Shown here: in pieces, positions 18,591-28,707 of the stretch
Position numbering within the stretch: the first letter of the stretch is position 1
Layout of the letters: every line of letters starts with the position of its first letter
Assembly: GCA_963835575.1 (NCBI GenBank)
Contig: CAWIGG010000002.1
Span: 1,888,001 to 1,952,000, forward strand
DNA from: an uncultured Spirochaetota bacterium
GTDB lineage: Bacteria; Spirochaetota; Brevinematia; Brevinematales; JAOACQ01
Direction: 5' to 3'
Length of the DNA stretch: 64,000 nt
Notes under the pieces: model-generated
What the model was told of the DNA's origin: nothing
The model's input: only the letters and a program-made list of their open reading frames with translations
Databases searched by the model: none
Translations under genes and position numbers: made by a program

Positions 18591-20234
18591 ATGAAAAAGA
18601 AAATCCTTCTCATGCCGCTTGTGGTGGCAGCGGCGATGACTCTGCTGCGGTGTTCCGTTTCATTAACCGGTCCGGACGCAGGAAACAGTTTAAAAAATCC
18701 GCACAGGCTCGGGGCCGTGCCGGACAGTCCCGCGCTTCTGGAGAAAAAGCTCGTCACAAAATCGGAGATGTACTCCGTCCTTTTTCCGCAGACAAGAGCG
18801 GAACTGCCGGCAGCCGTCGATCAGACAGCCTCGATCCCGCCTGTCGGCGACCAGGGCTCTCAAAATTCCTGCGTGGCATGGGCCACGGCGTATTACACAA
18901 AGACTTTCCAGGAAAAGATGGAGGAAAAATGGGATATCACCCTTTCCTGCCACCAATTTTCCCCTTCCTGGGTTTATAACCAGCTGGACGGCGGCGGGGA
19001 TAACGGCATTTCTCCCGCGGCGGCCTTTGACCTCCTGATCGAAAACGGCTGCGACACGCTCGATCATTTTCCCTATAATCAATATGACTGTACGACCCAG
19101 CCGGACAGCGCCTCGTTTCAGAGAGCCCAGGGCTTTTACGCCGCCGCATGGTTCACTCTGCCGGAGGATATCAATATGATCAAACAGTATCTGGCGCAGA
19201 ACAAAGTCGTCATCGGCGTCATTTCCATCAAGCCGGATTTCGACGCCATCAGCCCTTCGAACAAAATCTATGATGACTTTACAGGGGATACAAGAGGCTT
19301 TCATGCCGTCTGTATCATCGGCTATGACGACAGCATCCAGGCGCTGAAATTCGTCAACTCCTGGGGAAGCGAATGGGGGACCTGGAAAGACGACGCCGAC
19401 ACTTCCAAGGGGAAAGGCTACGGCTGGCTGTCCTACAGCCTGATCAATCCCGTCCACCCCGAGCTATTCTCATCCTACATCCTCGTGGATACCAATAATT
19501 ACCAGGTCAAAGCGCCCGGTTTTTCGCCTTCCGGAGGCGCCTACACAACCCCTCAGACCGTCACCATCGCATGCGATACGACGGGGGCTTCGATCCGTTT
19601 CACAACAAACGGCCAGAATCCATCGCCCAATTACGGAATCCTTTATAACGGTCCTATCACGGTCAGCTCCTCTGTGACAATAAAAACCATTGCCACTAAA
19701 GCGGGGTTTACAGACAGCGGAATTGCATCCGCCGGCTATTCAATCCTGTCTCCGGTAAAAATCCTGTTCTATAATGAAGACCGGTCGGTAAATATGAACG
19801 CGCTCTATCTTGATTTTATTGTATCCAACACAAGCGGCGCCGTTATCGACCTGTCAAAATTGAAATTACGGTATTACTATACTAAGGATTTTGCGGCCGG
19901 CCAGAGCTTTTACTGCGATTATTCCGGCAGCTACTGCACGCCGCTCAACACATTCTACCGGCTGGAATCCAATGTCACAGCCGCCTGCATTGCCATGCCG
20001 AATCCCGTCAGCCTGGCGGACACTTATGCGGAAATCGGCTTTAGTTCCGGGACGGGAACGCTTTACACCGGCGACGCTGTGGAAGTCAAAGGCCGCATTT
20101 TAAATTCCCTGTGGGGATTCTACACACAAACCAATGATTATTCCTTCAATCCGACGGCCGCCTGTAATACGGATTGGAACAATGTAACCGGTTATCTTGA
20201 CGGAACTCCGGTGTGGGGCATCGAGCCTAAATAA
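18591..20234 (+). CDS. Exported C1A (papain-like) cysteine peptidase + chitobiase/Fn3-associated domain + CBM3-like domain
   Basis: DQGSQNSCVAWA (Cys), GFHAV (His), FVNSWG (Asn); APGFSPSGG.Y...IRFTTNG; IDLSKLKLRYYYTKD...ADTYAEIGF...YTQTNDYSF...VWGIEP. Confidence 0.88.
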   Translation: MKKKILLMPLVVAAAMTLLRCSVSLTGPDAGNSLKNPHRLGAVPDSPALLEKKLVTKSEMYSVLFPQTRAELPAAVDQTASIPPVGDQGSQNSCVAWATAYYTKTFQEKMEEKWDITLSCHQFSPSWVYNQLDGGGDNGISPAAAFDLLIENGCDTLDHFPYNQYDCTTQPDSASFQRAQGFYAAAWFTLPEDINMIKQYLAQNKVVIGVISIKPDFDAISPSNKIYDDFTGDTRGFHAVCIIGYDDSIQALKFVNSWGSEWGTWKDDADTSKGKGYGWLSYSLINPVHPELFSSYILVDTNNYQVKAPGFSPSGGAYTTPQTVTIACDTTGASIRFTTNGQNPSPNYGILYNGPITVSSSVTIKTIATKAGFTDSGIASAGYSILSPVKILFYNEDRSVNMNALYLDFIVSNTSGAVIDLSKLKLRYYYTKDFAAGQSFYCDYSGSYCTPLNTFYRLESNVTAACIAMPNPVSLADTYAEIGFSSGTGTLYTGDAVEVKGRILNSLWGFYTQTNDYSFNPTAACNTDWNNVTGYLDGTPVWGIEPK

Positions 20235-20257
20235 TCAAAAAGAAAAATAAATCGTCT

Positions 20258-20324
20258 TCAAGGTGCAGTGAACGCAAAGACTTTTTGAACCAATCCATCT
20301 GTTCTTTGCGTCTCTGCGCCTTGA
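20258..20324. repeat. Intergenic inverted repeat, possible terminator
   Basis: TCAAGGTGCAGTGAACGCAAAGA ... TCTTTGCGTCTCTGCGCCTTGA followed by a T-run. Confidence 0.6.
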
Positions 20325-20429
20325 TTTTTTTTGTGCCTGCCATATTTTGTTCCGGGAACCGATGCCTTTCTTACTCATTGACAATATTCCTGCAAATGAC
20401 TAATTTTATTTAAAAAAAGGAGTGTTTTT

Positions 20430-21377
20430 ATGATTATTTCCCTTGTTCCGCAAAACCTGCTGACAAAAGAACAGCTGGGTCTTTTTGAAAAAGAAACGGG
20501 CGAAAGCATACTCTCTTTTGCCGATCTCAATGAAGCCTTAAAATTTCTGCCGGAAGCGGATATCCTTATCGTTTTCGGGAGGATTGATAAAGAAGCCTTG
20601 AAAATCTGCTCTAAATTAAAATGGCTCTTCAGCGTCAGCGCCGGAGTGGAACACCTGCCTTTTACCGAATTGAAGGAAAAAGGCGTGATTGTCACCAATA
20701 CCAGGGGCATCCATGGCGAGCAGATTTCCGAGCATGTTTTCGGTATGGTCCTTTCCTTTTCACGTCAGCTTATGCTGAGCCGGAAAAACCAGCTTCAGAA
20801 AAAATGGGCCCAGCTTCTTCCCGTCGACGAACTGCCGGGGAAGACTCTCTGTATTATCGGGGCCGGCAGCATCGGCAGTGAAATCGCCAGGAAGGCAAAG
20901 GCTTTCGATATGCATGTCATTGGACTGAAAAAACATCCTGAAGCCATGGAGTATTTTGACGATGTTTTTGGGATTGAAAAGCTTCATGATGTCCTCGGCC
21001 TTGCCGACTACGCTGTTCTCATCACTCCGCTGACGGATGAGACCTATCATATCATGGGCGCTGAGGAATTTAAAGCCATGAAAAGAACCGGCGTCTTCAT
21101 TAATATGTCCCGCGGCGATACCGTTGACGAAGCGTCTCTTATCGACGCGCTCAGGAACGGCATTATAGCCGGCGCCGGCCTGGATGTGTTTCATACCGAG
21201 CCGCTTCCCCCGGAAAGCCCGTTGTGGGAAATGGAAAACGTGATCATCACGCCGCATAATTCCGGGGTCAGCCCGCATTATTTTGAGAAGACATTGAAAG
21301 TATTCAGAGAAAGTCTCGCACTGTACCGGCAGGGAAAAGAGCTTCCCAACCGGATCGATCTTGAGAGAAAATATTAA
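20430..21377 (+). CDS. D-2-hydroxyacid dehydrogenase
   Basis: IIGAGSIG, FINMSRG, GAGLDVF.TEPLP and ITPHNSG motifs. Confidence 0.93.
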   Translation: MIISLVPQNLLTKEQLGLFEKETGESILSFADLNEALKFLPEADILIVFGRIDKEALKICSKLKWLFSVSAGVEHLPFTELKEKGVIVTNTRGIHGEQISEHVFGMVLSFSRQLMLSRKNQLQKKWAQLLPVDELPGKTLCIIGAGSIGSEIARKAKAFDMHVIGLKKHPEAMEYFDDVFGIEKLHDVLGLADYAVLITPLTDETYHIMGAEEFKAMKRTGVFINMSRGDTVDEASLIDALRNGIIAGAGLDVFHTEPLPPESPLWEMENVIITPHNSGVSPHYFEKTLKVFRESLALYRQGKELPNRIDLERKY

Positions 21378-21462
21378 GATGCCTCTTGACTTTTCCCCAG
21401 CAGTGATTATTTTTGATTTAAGAGAGAAAGTTTACTTATAAGTAATTAATACGGAGGTTTAT

Positions 21463-22347
21463 ATGATCAACAAAAAAGGCAAAGCTATATTGGTTACAGG
21501 GGCCACCGGCCATCAGGGCGGCGCCGTAGTCAGCAGTCTGATCAAATCCGGCTGGGAAGTTTACGCGCTTTCCCGCGGGCATCTTGAGGCCCCAATGAGA
21601 TCTTTAAGGGAACGCGGAGCGCGGATTGTCATCGGCGATATGGAGGACAAAGCCGTACTGGAAAACGCCATGAAAGAAATGTACGGGGTTTTTGCAGTCA
21701 CTTCATTCATGGAAAAAGGGATTGAAACCGAAAAAATTCAGGGCAAAAATCTCGCCGGTGCCGCGAAAAAATCCGGCGTTAAGCATTTCATATTCAGTTC
21801 CGTCGGATCGGCGGACAGGAATACGGGCATACCGTATTTTGAAAGCAAGCGGGAGATCGAGCTTTATATCAAAGCTCTCGGGCTCCCCGCGACGATTTTC
21901 AGACCGGTCACATTTATGATCAATTATGAGAGGCCTGAAATGCGGGACTCAATTTTGAACGGAGTTTTCAGGACCCCGAATCCGCCCGATAAAAAAATCC
22001 AGCTCATAGCGCTGGAAGACCTGGGAGATTTTGTCAGCCTGGCCTTTGAAAATCCCGGTGAATACATCGGAATGGAGATCGATCTTGCCGGCGATGAACT
22101 GACCATGACGGAGATTACCGGCGCTTTCTCGAAGGTCCTGGGACAGAATATTCGTTATGAGCAGATACCTCTTGAAGAAATCAGAAAACAGAATGAAATG
22201 ATGTATCTATCTGCCAGATGGGGAATTGAATCCGGACATAAAGCCGATATCGGGGCCCTCAGAAAACTGTATCCGAAGCTGACAAAATTCGAAGACTGGC
22301 TGCACAGGCACAACTGGAGCAAGATGAGGATTATCAAGGCGGCATAG
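21463..22347 (+). CDS. NmrA/HSCARG-family NAD(P)-binding protein
   Basis: LVTGATGHQGGAV, GVKHFIFSSV and PYFESK motifs. Confidence 0.9.
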   Translation: MINKKGKAILVTGATGHQGGAVVSSLIKSGWEVYALSRGHLEAPMRSLRERGARIVIGDMEDKAVLENAMKEMYGVFAVTSFMEKGIETEKIQGKNLAGAAKKSGVKHFIFSSVGSADRNTGIPYFESKREIELYIKALGLPATIFRPVTFMINYERPEMRDSILNGVFRTPNPPDKKIQLIALEDLGDFVSLAFENPGEYIGMEIDLAGDELTMTEITGAFSKVLGQNIRYEQIPLEEIRKQNEMMYLSARWGIESGHKADIGALRKLYPKLTKFEDWLHRHNWSKMRIIKAA

Positions 22348-22380
22348 AAAATCCGGAATTACATAAAAGAGAATTTGATC

Positions 22381-22417
22381 AAAGCCTGCTTTTCTGAAAG
22401 AAAAGCAGGCTTTTTTT
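22381..22417 (+). terminator. Rho-independent terminator
   Basis: AAAGCCTGCTTTTC-tgaaa-GAAAAGCAGGC followed by a T-run. Confidence 0.85.
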
Positions 22418-22676
22418 ATATTAAACAGTTCCTTTTCAATAATGAAAAAAAAACTGTAAAAAATCATTTTGGACTTTATTTAAATATTTTTTAAGAGTTT
22501 TATTGATTTATTGATTGTTTTAATTTATTGTATATTAACAAATAATAAAATATTTGCATTTTCCGGCTGTTTCTGGACTATTATAATCAGAACAAAAGTT
22601 TTGCGCGGGGGCTATACGGACTGGGCCCGTCCGGACCGCGCGGAATGGACCATTTAATAATAGGAGGTATTCCAGA

Positions 22677-23945
22677 ATGAAAGGAAAATATTTAATCACC
22701 ATTCTTTCGGCGGGAATAATAATCGGCCTTACCGGATGCAGTCTGATGCCGAACCCGGTCAATCCCGGATCTTCACCATCCAGTTCTTCATCAAATAGTT
22801 CCAGCAGCGTTTCGAGCAGTATTCCTTCTTCCGGTTCTGCTTCAAGTTCCAGTGCTTCTTCATCTTCGGTAATTCAATATACTATTACTGCAGGCACCCT
22901 TGGCAACGGATCCATAAACCCTTCAGGCAGTGTGAAAGTAAATTCCGGAACAAATCAGGAATTTTTTATGACACCCGACACAGAGTATCAGGTGGACACA
23001 GTATGGGTTGATGGTATAAACCAGGGCTCGGTAACTAATTATACATTTACTAACGTCCAGACAAACCATACCATAACTGTCATATTTAAGATTCTGCAAT
23101 ATACGATCACAGTAAGCACCGGACCAAACGGCACGATTAATCCTTCCACCAATGTGTCTTTAAATTACGGGGCAAACCAGGGTTTTACCATAACACCCGG
23201 CGCCGGGTATCAGGTGGACACGGTATTGGTCGACGGAGTAAACCAGGGTTCCTTAACTTCTTATGCGTTTACTAACGTTCAAACAAACCATACCATTAGT
23301 GCATCATTTAAGCCGCTCCAATTTACGATCACATCAAGCGCCGGGGCCAACGGTTCAATAAACCTTTCCGGCAAAGTGCCGGTTAATTACGGAGCGAATC
23401 AAAGCTTTACAATATCGCCATACACCGGGTATCATATATCCATGGTATTGGTCGACGGAGCTAACCAGGGCGCTGTTTCATCCTATACCTTTTATAATGT
23501 ACTGACAAATCATACCATAACAGCGACATTCGCGGCAAATACCTATAATATACTCGTCACTAATACTGTTACGGCAAGCAGCGGAAGTTATTATCTTGTA
23601 GGAGTTATCAATGAAACCGGCACAGTAAACAGTAAATGGGCGACTGTTACGGAGAATAGCGGCTCTCCTATTAATAACAACCCTACTGTAAGCGTATTAT
23701 TCGCAAATGTAACTGCAAGCGATACTATTACCGTTGCCAGTTCTGCTAATATTACAATTATTTCCCAATATATATCAAATCCTTATCCAACAACAAATAC
23801 CAGCGATTATAGTTGCTCTGCGACAATTTCATTATCCGATTTCCTGGCCAATCCTTCCGGATATGTAAATGTAACTTACAGCTATCCGGGAGGATCAAAT
23901 AATCCATTTACATTATACGGCACATACAGCATAATTCTGCAATAA
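22677..23945 (+). CDS. Lipoprotein with Ser-rich linker and three divergent InlB-B-like repeats
   Basis: Lipobox LTGC; three YTIT...NG.I.PS...V.YG.NQ.FTITP..GY....V.VDG...YTF.NV..NHTI repeats. Confidence 0.82.
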   Translation: MKGKYLITILSAGIIIGLTGCSLMPNPVNPGSSPSSSSSNSSSSVSSSIPSSGSASSSSASSSSVIQYTITAGTLGNGSINPSGSVKVNSGTNQEFFMTPDTEYQVDTVWVDGINQGSVTNYTFTNVQTNHTITVIFKILQYTITVSTGPNGTINPSTNVSLNYGANQGFTITPGAGYQVDTVLVDGVNQGSLTSYAFTNVQTNHTISASFKPLQFTITSSAGANGSINLSGKVPVNYGANQSFTISPYTGYHISMVLVDGANQGAVSSYTFYNVLTNHTITATFAANTYNILVTNTVTASSGSYYLVGVINETGTVNSKWATVTENSGSPINNNPTVSVLFANVTASDTITVASSANITIISQYISNPYPTTNTSDYSCSATISLSDFLANPSGYVNVTYSYPGGSNNPFTLYGTYSIILQ

Positions 23946-23968
23946 AAACATTTGATAAAAACACAGTT

Positions 23969-24040
23969 GGCTGCCCCGTCCCTCACCATTTTGTTTACAG
24001 ATAACTGAGGCCTGACAAAATGGTGAGGGACGGGGCAGCC
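23969..24040. mobile_element. 72-bp palindromic MITE-like element, may also act as terminator
   Basis: GGCTGCCCCGTCCCTCACCATTTTGT ... ACAAAATGGTGAGGGACGGGGCAGCC; inner arms shared with 49944-50015. Confidence 0.75.
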
Positions 24041-24147
24041 TTTTTCATGACAATAATTTAATCATAAAATTGTTCTTTAATTACTTGCTTTTAAACAAAA
24101 TACTGAATATGCTATAATACTAAAAAATAACCAGAGGCTTCCGGGCT

Positions 24148-25518
24148 ATGGCTAGCGGAAAAAAGAGCTTTTTGAAGTTCATGAGAATTTCTGCATCAGG
24201 CCTGTTCATCATGTTTTTTGTCTTCACATTCTTTTTTCCCGTCCGCGGCAATTCCGATCAGACAAGAAGCACCGCTGTAATTGGCTTTATTAACAGCGTT
24301 TCCTCCGATAACGAAACAGGCGTCTTATTGACGCGCTCTTTCATTTCTTTCTTTTCCAGGCTTCCGGGCTCTAAAATCATTCCATACGATGTGTCGGACA
24401 AATCGGCTGAAGACAACGGTTTTTTTATCAATAAAAATCTGGATCCCGGGCTGGCGGTCCAGATAGGCCAGAAGCTCGGCTGCCGCCAGGTGGTTTTCGG
24501 AAGCTATAAAACGGACGAATCCCGGATGACGATTGAAGTTGATGTTTTCGCTTATGATACGGCAAGCGACGAAATTCTTTTTAAAAGGCATTACAGGGGA
24601 AAAACAGGCACCGCTCTTCTGGACACAATCGATGCCATCCGGAAAGATGCCGCGGGGATCCTCTCCGGACGGGAAATGACAATTGTCGAGCTGAAGATCA
24701 CCGTAACCAACACGGCGCAATCGTATAATGTTCTTTTGGGCGGCAATCCCGATGGGACCGCCGCGCCGTTATATAAAAGAGAACTGCCCGCGGGCTCGCC
24801 TTTCGATCTTTCTCTGAAGAGAACTGCCGATGGGCTGGAAGTATTCCGGACCAATATCGTCCTGACCAGGGGAAAAGACTCATCGATCATTTACTATCCG
24901 ACAGCGCCTGTTCTCATTCAGTCTTCGGTCTATCCAGTTGAAATCCGCCGAGACGGCCTAAAGACCGGCATCATAACGACAAATGAAACTTTCAGCCTTT
25001 CCGGCCTTCCGTCTGGATTGACCTACAACTTCTATCTGCAGAATGATACAATGCAGAGCCTCAGCAGGAATGTCAGCCTTTCGGAAGGAAAACCCTCCGT
25101 TTTAAACTTTGATGAAAGGGATTTTCATCCGCGCGTCATTTACCGCGGCCTAACTCCCGCCTGGGACCTTCTTCTTCCGGGATCAGTCCAGCTGCAGGCG
25201 CGTGACTATTGGGCTTCTCTCCTCTTCGGCGGATTATGGGCGGTTGATATTGGAATTCTGGGCGTATCCCTTCTTGGTTATTTTCAAGCCGACGATATAA
25301 TCAGGAATGACCCGCGTCTTTATTACAGGGACCAGGTGAAGCCGTACCGCGATTTTTATATGTATGCCTCGATCATCAGCGGCGGGGTATGGCTTGTAAT
25401 CTCCGCCGGAAGCTGGCTTCATGCGGAAGGCATGAAAACGGATCAGGAAAAAGAAAAAGGAACCGGGCTTAATATCATACCGGCTGACGGCGGTTTAGCG
25501 TTTTATTGGAATTTTTAA
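24148..25518 (+). CDS. Hypothetical membrane/exported protein (TolB-N/CsgG-like N-terminal domain, C-terminal TM helices)
   Basis: AVIGFIN...LAVQIGQKLGCRQVVFGSY pattern; hydrophobic C-terminus. Confidence 0.6.
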   Translation: MASGKKSFLKFMRISASGLFIMFFVFTFFFPVRGNSDQTRSTAVIGFINSVSSDNETGVLLTRSFISFFSRLPGSKIIPYDVSDKSAEDNGFFINKNLDPGLAVQIGQKLGCRQVVFGSYKTDESRMTIEVDVFAYDTASDEILFKRHYRGKTGTALLDTIDAIRKDAAGILSGREMTIVELKITVTNTAQSYNVLLGGNPDGTAAPLYKRELPAGSPFDLSLKRTADGLEVFRTNIVLTRGKDSSIIYYPTAPVLIQSSVYPVEIRRDGLKTGIITTNETFSLSGLPSGLTYNFYLQNDTMQSLSRNVSLSEGKPSVLNFDERDFHPRVIYRGLTPAWDLLLPGSVQLQARDYWASLLFGGLWAVDIGILGVSLLGYFQADDIIRNDPRLYYRDQVKPYRDFYMYASIISGGVWLVISAGSWLHAEGMKTDQEKEKGTGLNIIPADGGLAFYWNF

Positions 25519-25540
25519 CTCTCATAAATCCGGAGTCTTT

Positions 25541-26116
25541 ATGTCCTATGAAGAATGCAGCGACGAAGAACTGATGAAAATGTTTCAGCTCTCCGCCGCG
25601 GACAATATTAATGAACCCAATGAGGCCGAACTTTATTTCAAGGAACTCTTCCGGAGGTATTATTCGAGCGCTTACAGCTTTTGTCTCCATTACGGCCTGC
25701 GGCATAATGACGCTCTTGAGACCATTCAGGAAGCTTTCATCAATATATTCAGATATTCATCCAGCTATCAGGCCGGCAGGACTTTCAAGCCCTGGTTCTT
25801 TAAAATTCTCTACAACAATGTCAACCATAAATTCCGGGAATTAAAGAATTTCCTTCATGAAGACAGTGATGAACAGGCCGAATCCCTGGGCAAGGAAAGC
25901 AGTGAAATAAAATTGTTGCACGATCGGGAGGTCTTAAACACTATTATATATAGACTGCCAAAGCATCTTAAAGAATGCCTGCTTTTGTATATTTACCAGG
26001 AAATGGATTTTAATTCGATCGGCAAAACCATCGGCATCAGTCCGAGGCTTGCAAGAAACCGGGTCGATGAGGCTGTACGGGAACTAAAGCGTCTGGCAGG
26101 AGAAAATGATGTCTAA
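25541..26116 (+). CDS. ECF RNA polymerase sigma factor
   Basis: DALETIQEAF, FKPWFFKI (region 2); LPKHLKECLLL...IGKTIGIS (region 4). Confidence 0.9.
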   Translation: MSYEECSDEELMKMFQLSAADNINEPNEAELYFKELFRRYYSSAYSFCLHYGLRHNDALETIQEAFINIFRYSSSYQAGRTFKPWFFKILYNNVNHKFRELKNFLHEDSDEQAESLGKESSEIKLLHDREVLNTIIYRLPKHLKECLLLYIYQEMDFNSIGKTIGISPRLARNRVDEAVRELKRLAGENDV

Positions 26117-28121
26117 AAAAATAATTTTACCCGAAGAAAGAGACGACCTGATTAATTACATCAGAGAAATAAATGGGACCCACGATCCTTCTCCGGATTA
26201 TATGGATCATGTCATGGCCGGAGTTAAAGCTGTAATTAATGAAAAAAAGAAAGCGCCCTGGTTCAATATCCCGCTTAATAGATTAAAACCGGCCGCAGGG
26301 ATAGGATTTGCCGCTCTCGCGGCCCTGACTGTTCTCATCATCATCGGATTCTCCGGCATAATTGATATAAAAGGAAAAACCCATGAAATAAGGATTACCC
26401 GCTTCAGTAAAGGGCTTGATATAGAAAGGAACAGCCTGAGGATTAATTATGAGAATAATCCGGTGATTAATCCGGGCGATACAATCATTAATGAAAGCGG
26501 TATACCTGCGGTTTTTGCCGCTGAAAACAGCTTCAGGGCATTATTAAGCCCGGACGGAAGGGCTGAATTATTTTCCGCCGCCAGAAAAGATAAATTGGAA
26601 ACTTTAATCCGGCTGGAAAAAGGCACCCTGGACCTGCATGTAAAAAAATTAGGACCGGACGAGAGTTTTAAAATCATTTGCGCTGATAAGACCGTATCCG
26701 TCATTGGAACGGTATTTCGCGTAAGTCTGACAAATAATGGTTTGCTGATAGCGGCCGAGGAAGGAGAGGTCAGCGTACTCCGGAACATGAATGACCTGAA
26801 TCCCCTTCATATCGCCGGAGGCAGGCAGGTTTTTATTCCAGACCGGGGCGGTTCAAAATTATTGCCGATCTCGAAAAATAATTCATCGGCATTGTCCTCA
26901 TTCTCCAGGGAAGGGTTATCCCGTCTATCCAGCAAAACGGCCCTTCTTGTGATAAAGACAACCGGCTCTTCCGGGACAGTATTTATTAACGGCGATAAAC
27001 TCTGCCGTACTCCCGCCGGAATGGAAATCCATGAAAAAAAGATTTTTGATCTGGAGATTGCCGGCGACAACGGCCTGGTGACGCGGTTCCTGGGAACAAA
27101 TCTGCAAAGCGATTCATCTCTTTCCATTGATTTAAATCATAATAACAACCCCCTTTCATCAGTTCTAACTGATAATGGGCAGTCAGCGCCGAAAATGGAA
27201 CTGGCCGGAGAACTCCTTACGGTGATAAAGGGAAAAACCGGATTCATATACAATCTCAATTCAAAAAACATAAACAGGCTGAGCACTGCGGAAGGCGAAT
27301 GGAAACTTCCGCCTGTGGTTAACAACGGCCGTATAGTACTGCTTAACTCCGGCGGGTCCGCCGAATGTTATAATACAACCGGGCAAAAACTATGGGAACT
27401 CTCTGTTCCCGGGACTCTCTGGTATAACGCTTTATGCGCCTGCAATGATACTTATGCATCTATCGCGACTGTTGACAGAGGCATCACTATTTTTGATTAC
27501 TCCGGCAGACTGATCCGTCATATTGAAACCGCTAAAGCCGGGCCGGGATACTCGTCCCCGATCCTGGATCAAAATAATATTTTATATTATATCAATGAAT
27601 CCGGCAGATTGACCTCCTATTCCGTTCGGGACGGCAGGGAAATCTGGCAGGCCCCTCTGCCGTCAATTTCCGCCCACCCTCTGTTTGAAACAGACCTGTC
27701 CATAATTATTTTCTTCAGGGAAAAAGGCAGTTTTACCGCTTTCTCAAAATCGGACGGGCGGCTGCTGTGGACATATAACATACCGGAAATAATACGGCAG
27801 GAAGTTCGCTTAACAGCGAATGACGGCATTTTGACAGTCTATTATAATATCAATAGAACCGGGAAGTTATGGTCGATCGATTTGATAAGCGGCAGGTTAA
27901 CAGGAAAACTTCAAACTGCGGCTGAAATTGATTCGGTTTTACAGAAACGGGATACGATATGGGTAGCGACATCGGACCTGCTTTTAATTTCTTACGATCC
28001 GCTATCTTATAATATTAAAAGACGCATTCATCTGGAAAGAAAAGCATTTGATCTCAAAATGCGGGAAAAGAGCCTGATAGTTTTATACCCTCAGGGCATT
28101 GAGGAAATTACGCTCAATTAA
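26106..28121 (+). CDS. FecR-domain anti-sigma factor with C-terminal PQQ-like beta-propeller
   Basis: Single TM; LEKGTL, VSVIGTVFRV and EGEVSV FecR motifs; repeated G..LW propeller blades; overlaps the sigma gene stop. Confidence 0.8.
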   Translation: MMSKKIILPEERDDLINYIREINGTHDPSPDYMDHVMAGVKAVINEKKKAPWFNIPLNRLKPAAGIGFAALAALTVLIIIGFSGIIDIKGKTHEIRITRFSKGLDIERNSLRINYENNPVINPGDTIINESGIPAVFAAENSFRALLSPDGRAELFSAARKDKLETLIRLEKGTLDLHVKKLGPDESFKIICADKTVSVIGTVFRVSLTNNGLLIAAEEGEVSVLRNMNDLNPLHIAGGRQVFIPDRGGSKLLPISKNNSSALSSFSREGLSRLSSKTALLVIKTTGSSGTVFINGDKLCRTPAGMEIHEKKIFDLEIAGDNGLVTRFLGTNLQSDSSLSIDLNHNNNPLSSVLTDNGQSAPKMELAGELLTVIKGKTGFIYNLNSKNINRLSTAEGEWKLPPVVNNGRIVLLNSGGSAECYNTTGQKLWELSVPGTLWYNALCACNDTYASIATVDRGITIFDYSGRLIRHIETAKAGPGYSSPILDQNNILYYINESGRLTSYSVRDGREIWQAPLPSISAHPLFETDLSIIIFFREKGSFTAFSKSDGRLLWTYNIPEIIRQEVRLTANDGILTVYYNINRTGKLWSIDLISGRLTGKLQTAAEIDSVLQKRDTIWVATSDLLLISYDPLSYNIKRRIHLERKAFDLKMREKSLIVLYPQGIEEITLN

Positions 28122-28135
28122 TCGCGATTCCAGTT

Positions 28136-28327
28136 TTAAAATCCCAGTATCCTGTTGCAGTAATTAACAACTCTTTCTTCCTTGATAAAGCCGAGCTTGA
28201 TTAAAGATTCCTGAAAAGACAGTCTGCTTGCCTTTTGATAGGCCAGGGCTTTCCTGTATTCTTCTTCCGTTATTAAACCTTTCTTGACATAAATATCCAT
28301 ATGCCGCTCCTTTTTTAAATTTTTCAT
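28136..28327 (-). CDS. Small stand-alone MshEN/T2SSE_N-like protein
   Basis: VKKGLITEEEYRKALAYQK...ESLIKLGFIKEE resembles the MshEN repeat. Confidence 0.6.
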   Translation of the reverse strand: MKNLKKERHMDIYVKKGLITEEEYRKALAYQKASRLSFQESLIKLGFIKEERVVNYCNRILGF

Positions 28328-28399
28328 TCTCTAAACAGATTATCGGATAAATTTGAAAGGGCTCAATTGAATGAATTAAAATCTATATAGCATAGGAAC

Positions 28400-28674
28400 G
28401 GGTAATCCGCTAATGCACGTGAATTTAAAAAAATATGTAATGATTAAAAGGAAGGCGGAAAGACGGGAAGAGTAAAAAATGAGTATAATTAAAGTCTGCA
28501 ACCTGTATAAAAAAAACATTTCGTTATTTATATAACCTGAAAAAGGATAAAACAAGTTAATGTATTAGTGCCAATAAACAATATGATCTTACCGTCTTCT
28601 TGTCTTTCTGTTAAATTAAATATTGTGATAATTCAAGGATTTATTAGCGTACCTTCGCGTGGCTTAGCGGAAGA
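28400..28674. repeat. Element with conserved CCGCTAA...TTAGCGG ends, copy 1
   Basis: GGGTAATCCGCTAATGCACG ... GCGTGGCTTAGCGGAAGA, both ends identical to those of 43074-43292. Confidence 0.72.
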
Positions 28675-28707
28675 CAAATTCGTTAATGCTTGCTAATAAA
28701 AGTAAAA

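Noticed and set aside
18690..19457. 255-aa antisense ORF, and other ORFs overlapping well-supported genes (e.g. 40656-41318, 61109-61663)
   Set aside because: These are shadow ORFs opposite genes with clear family motifs.
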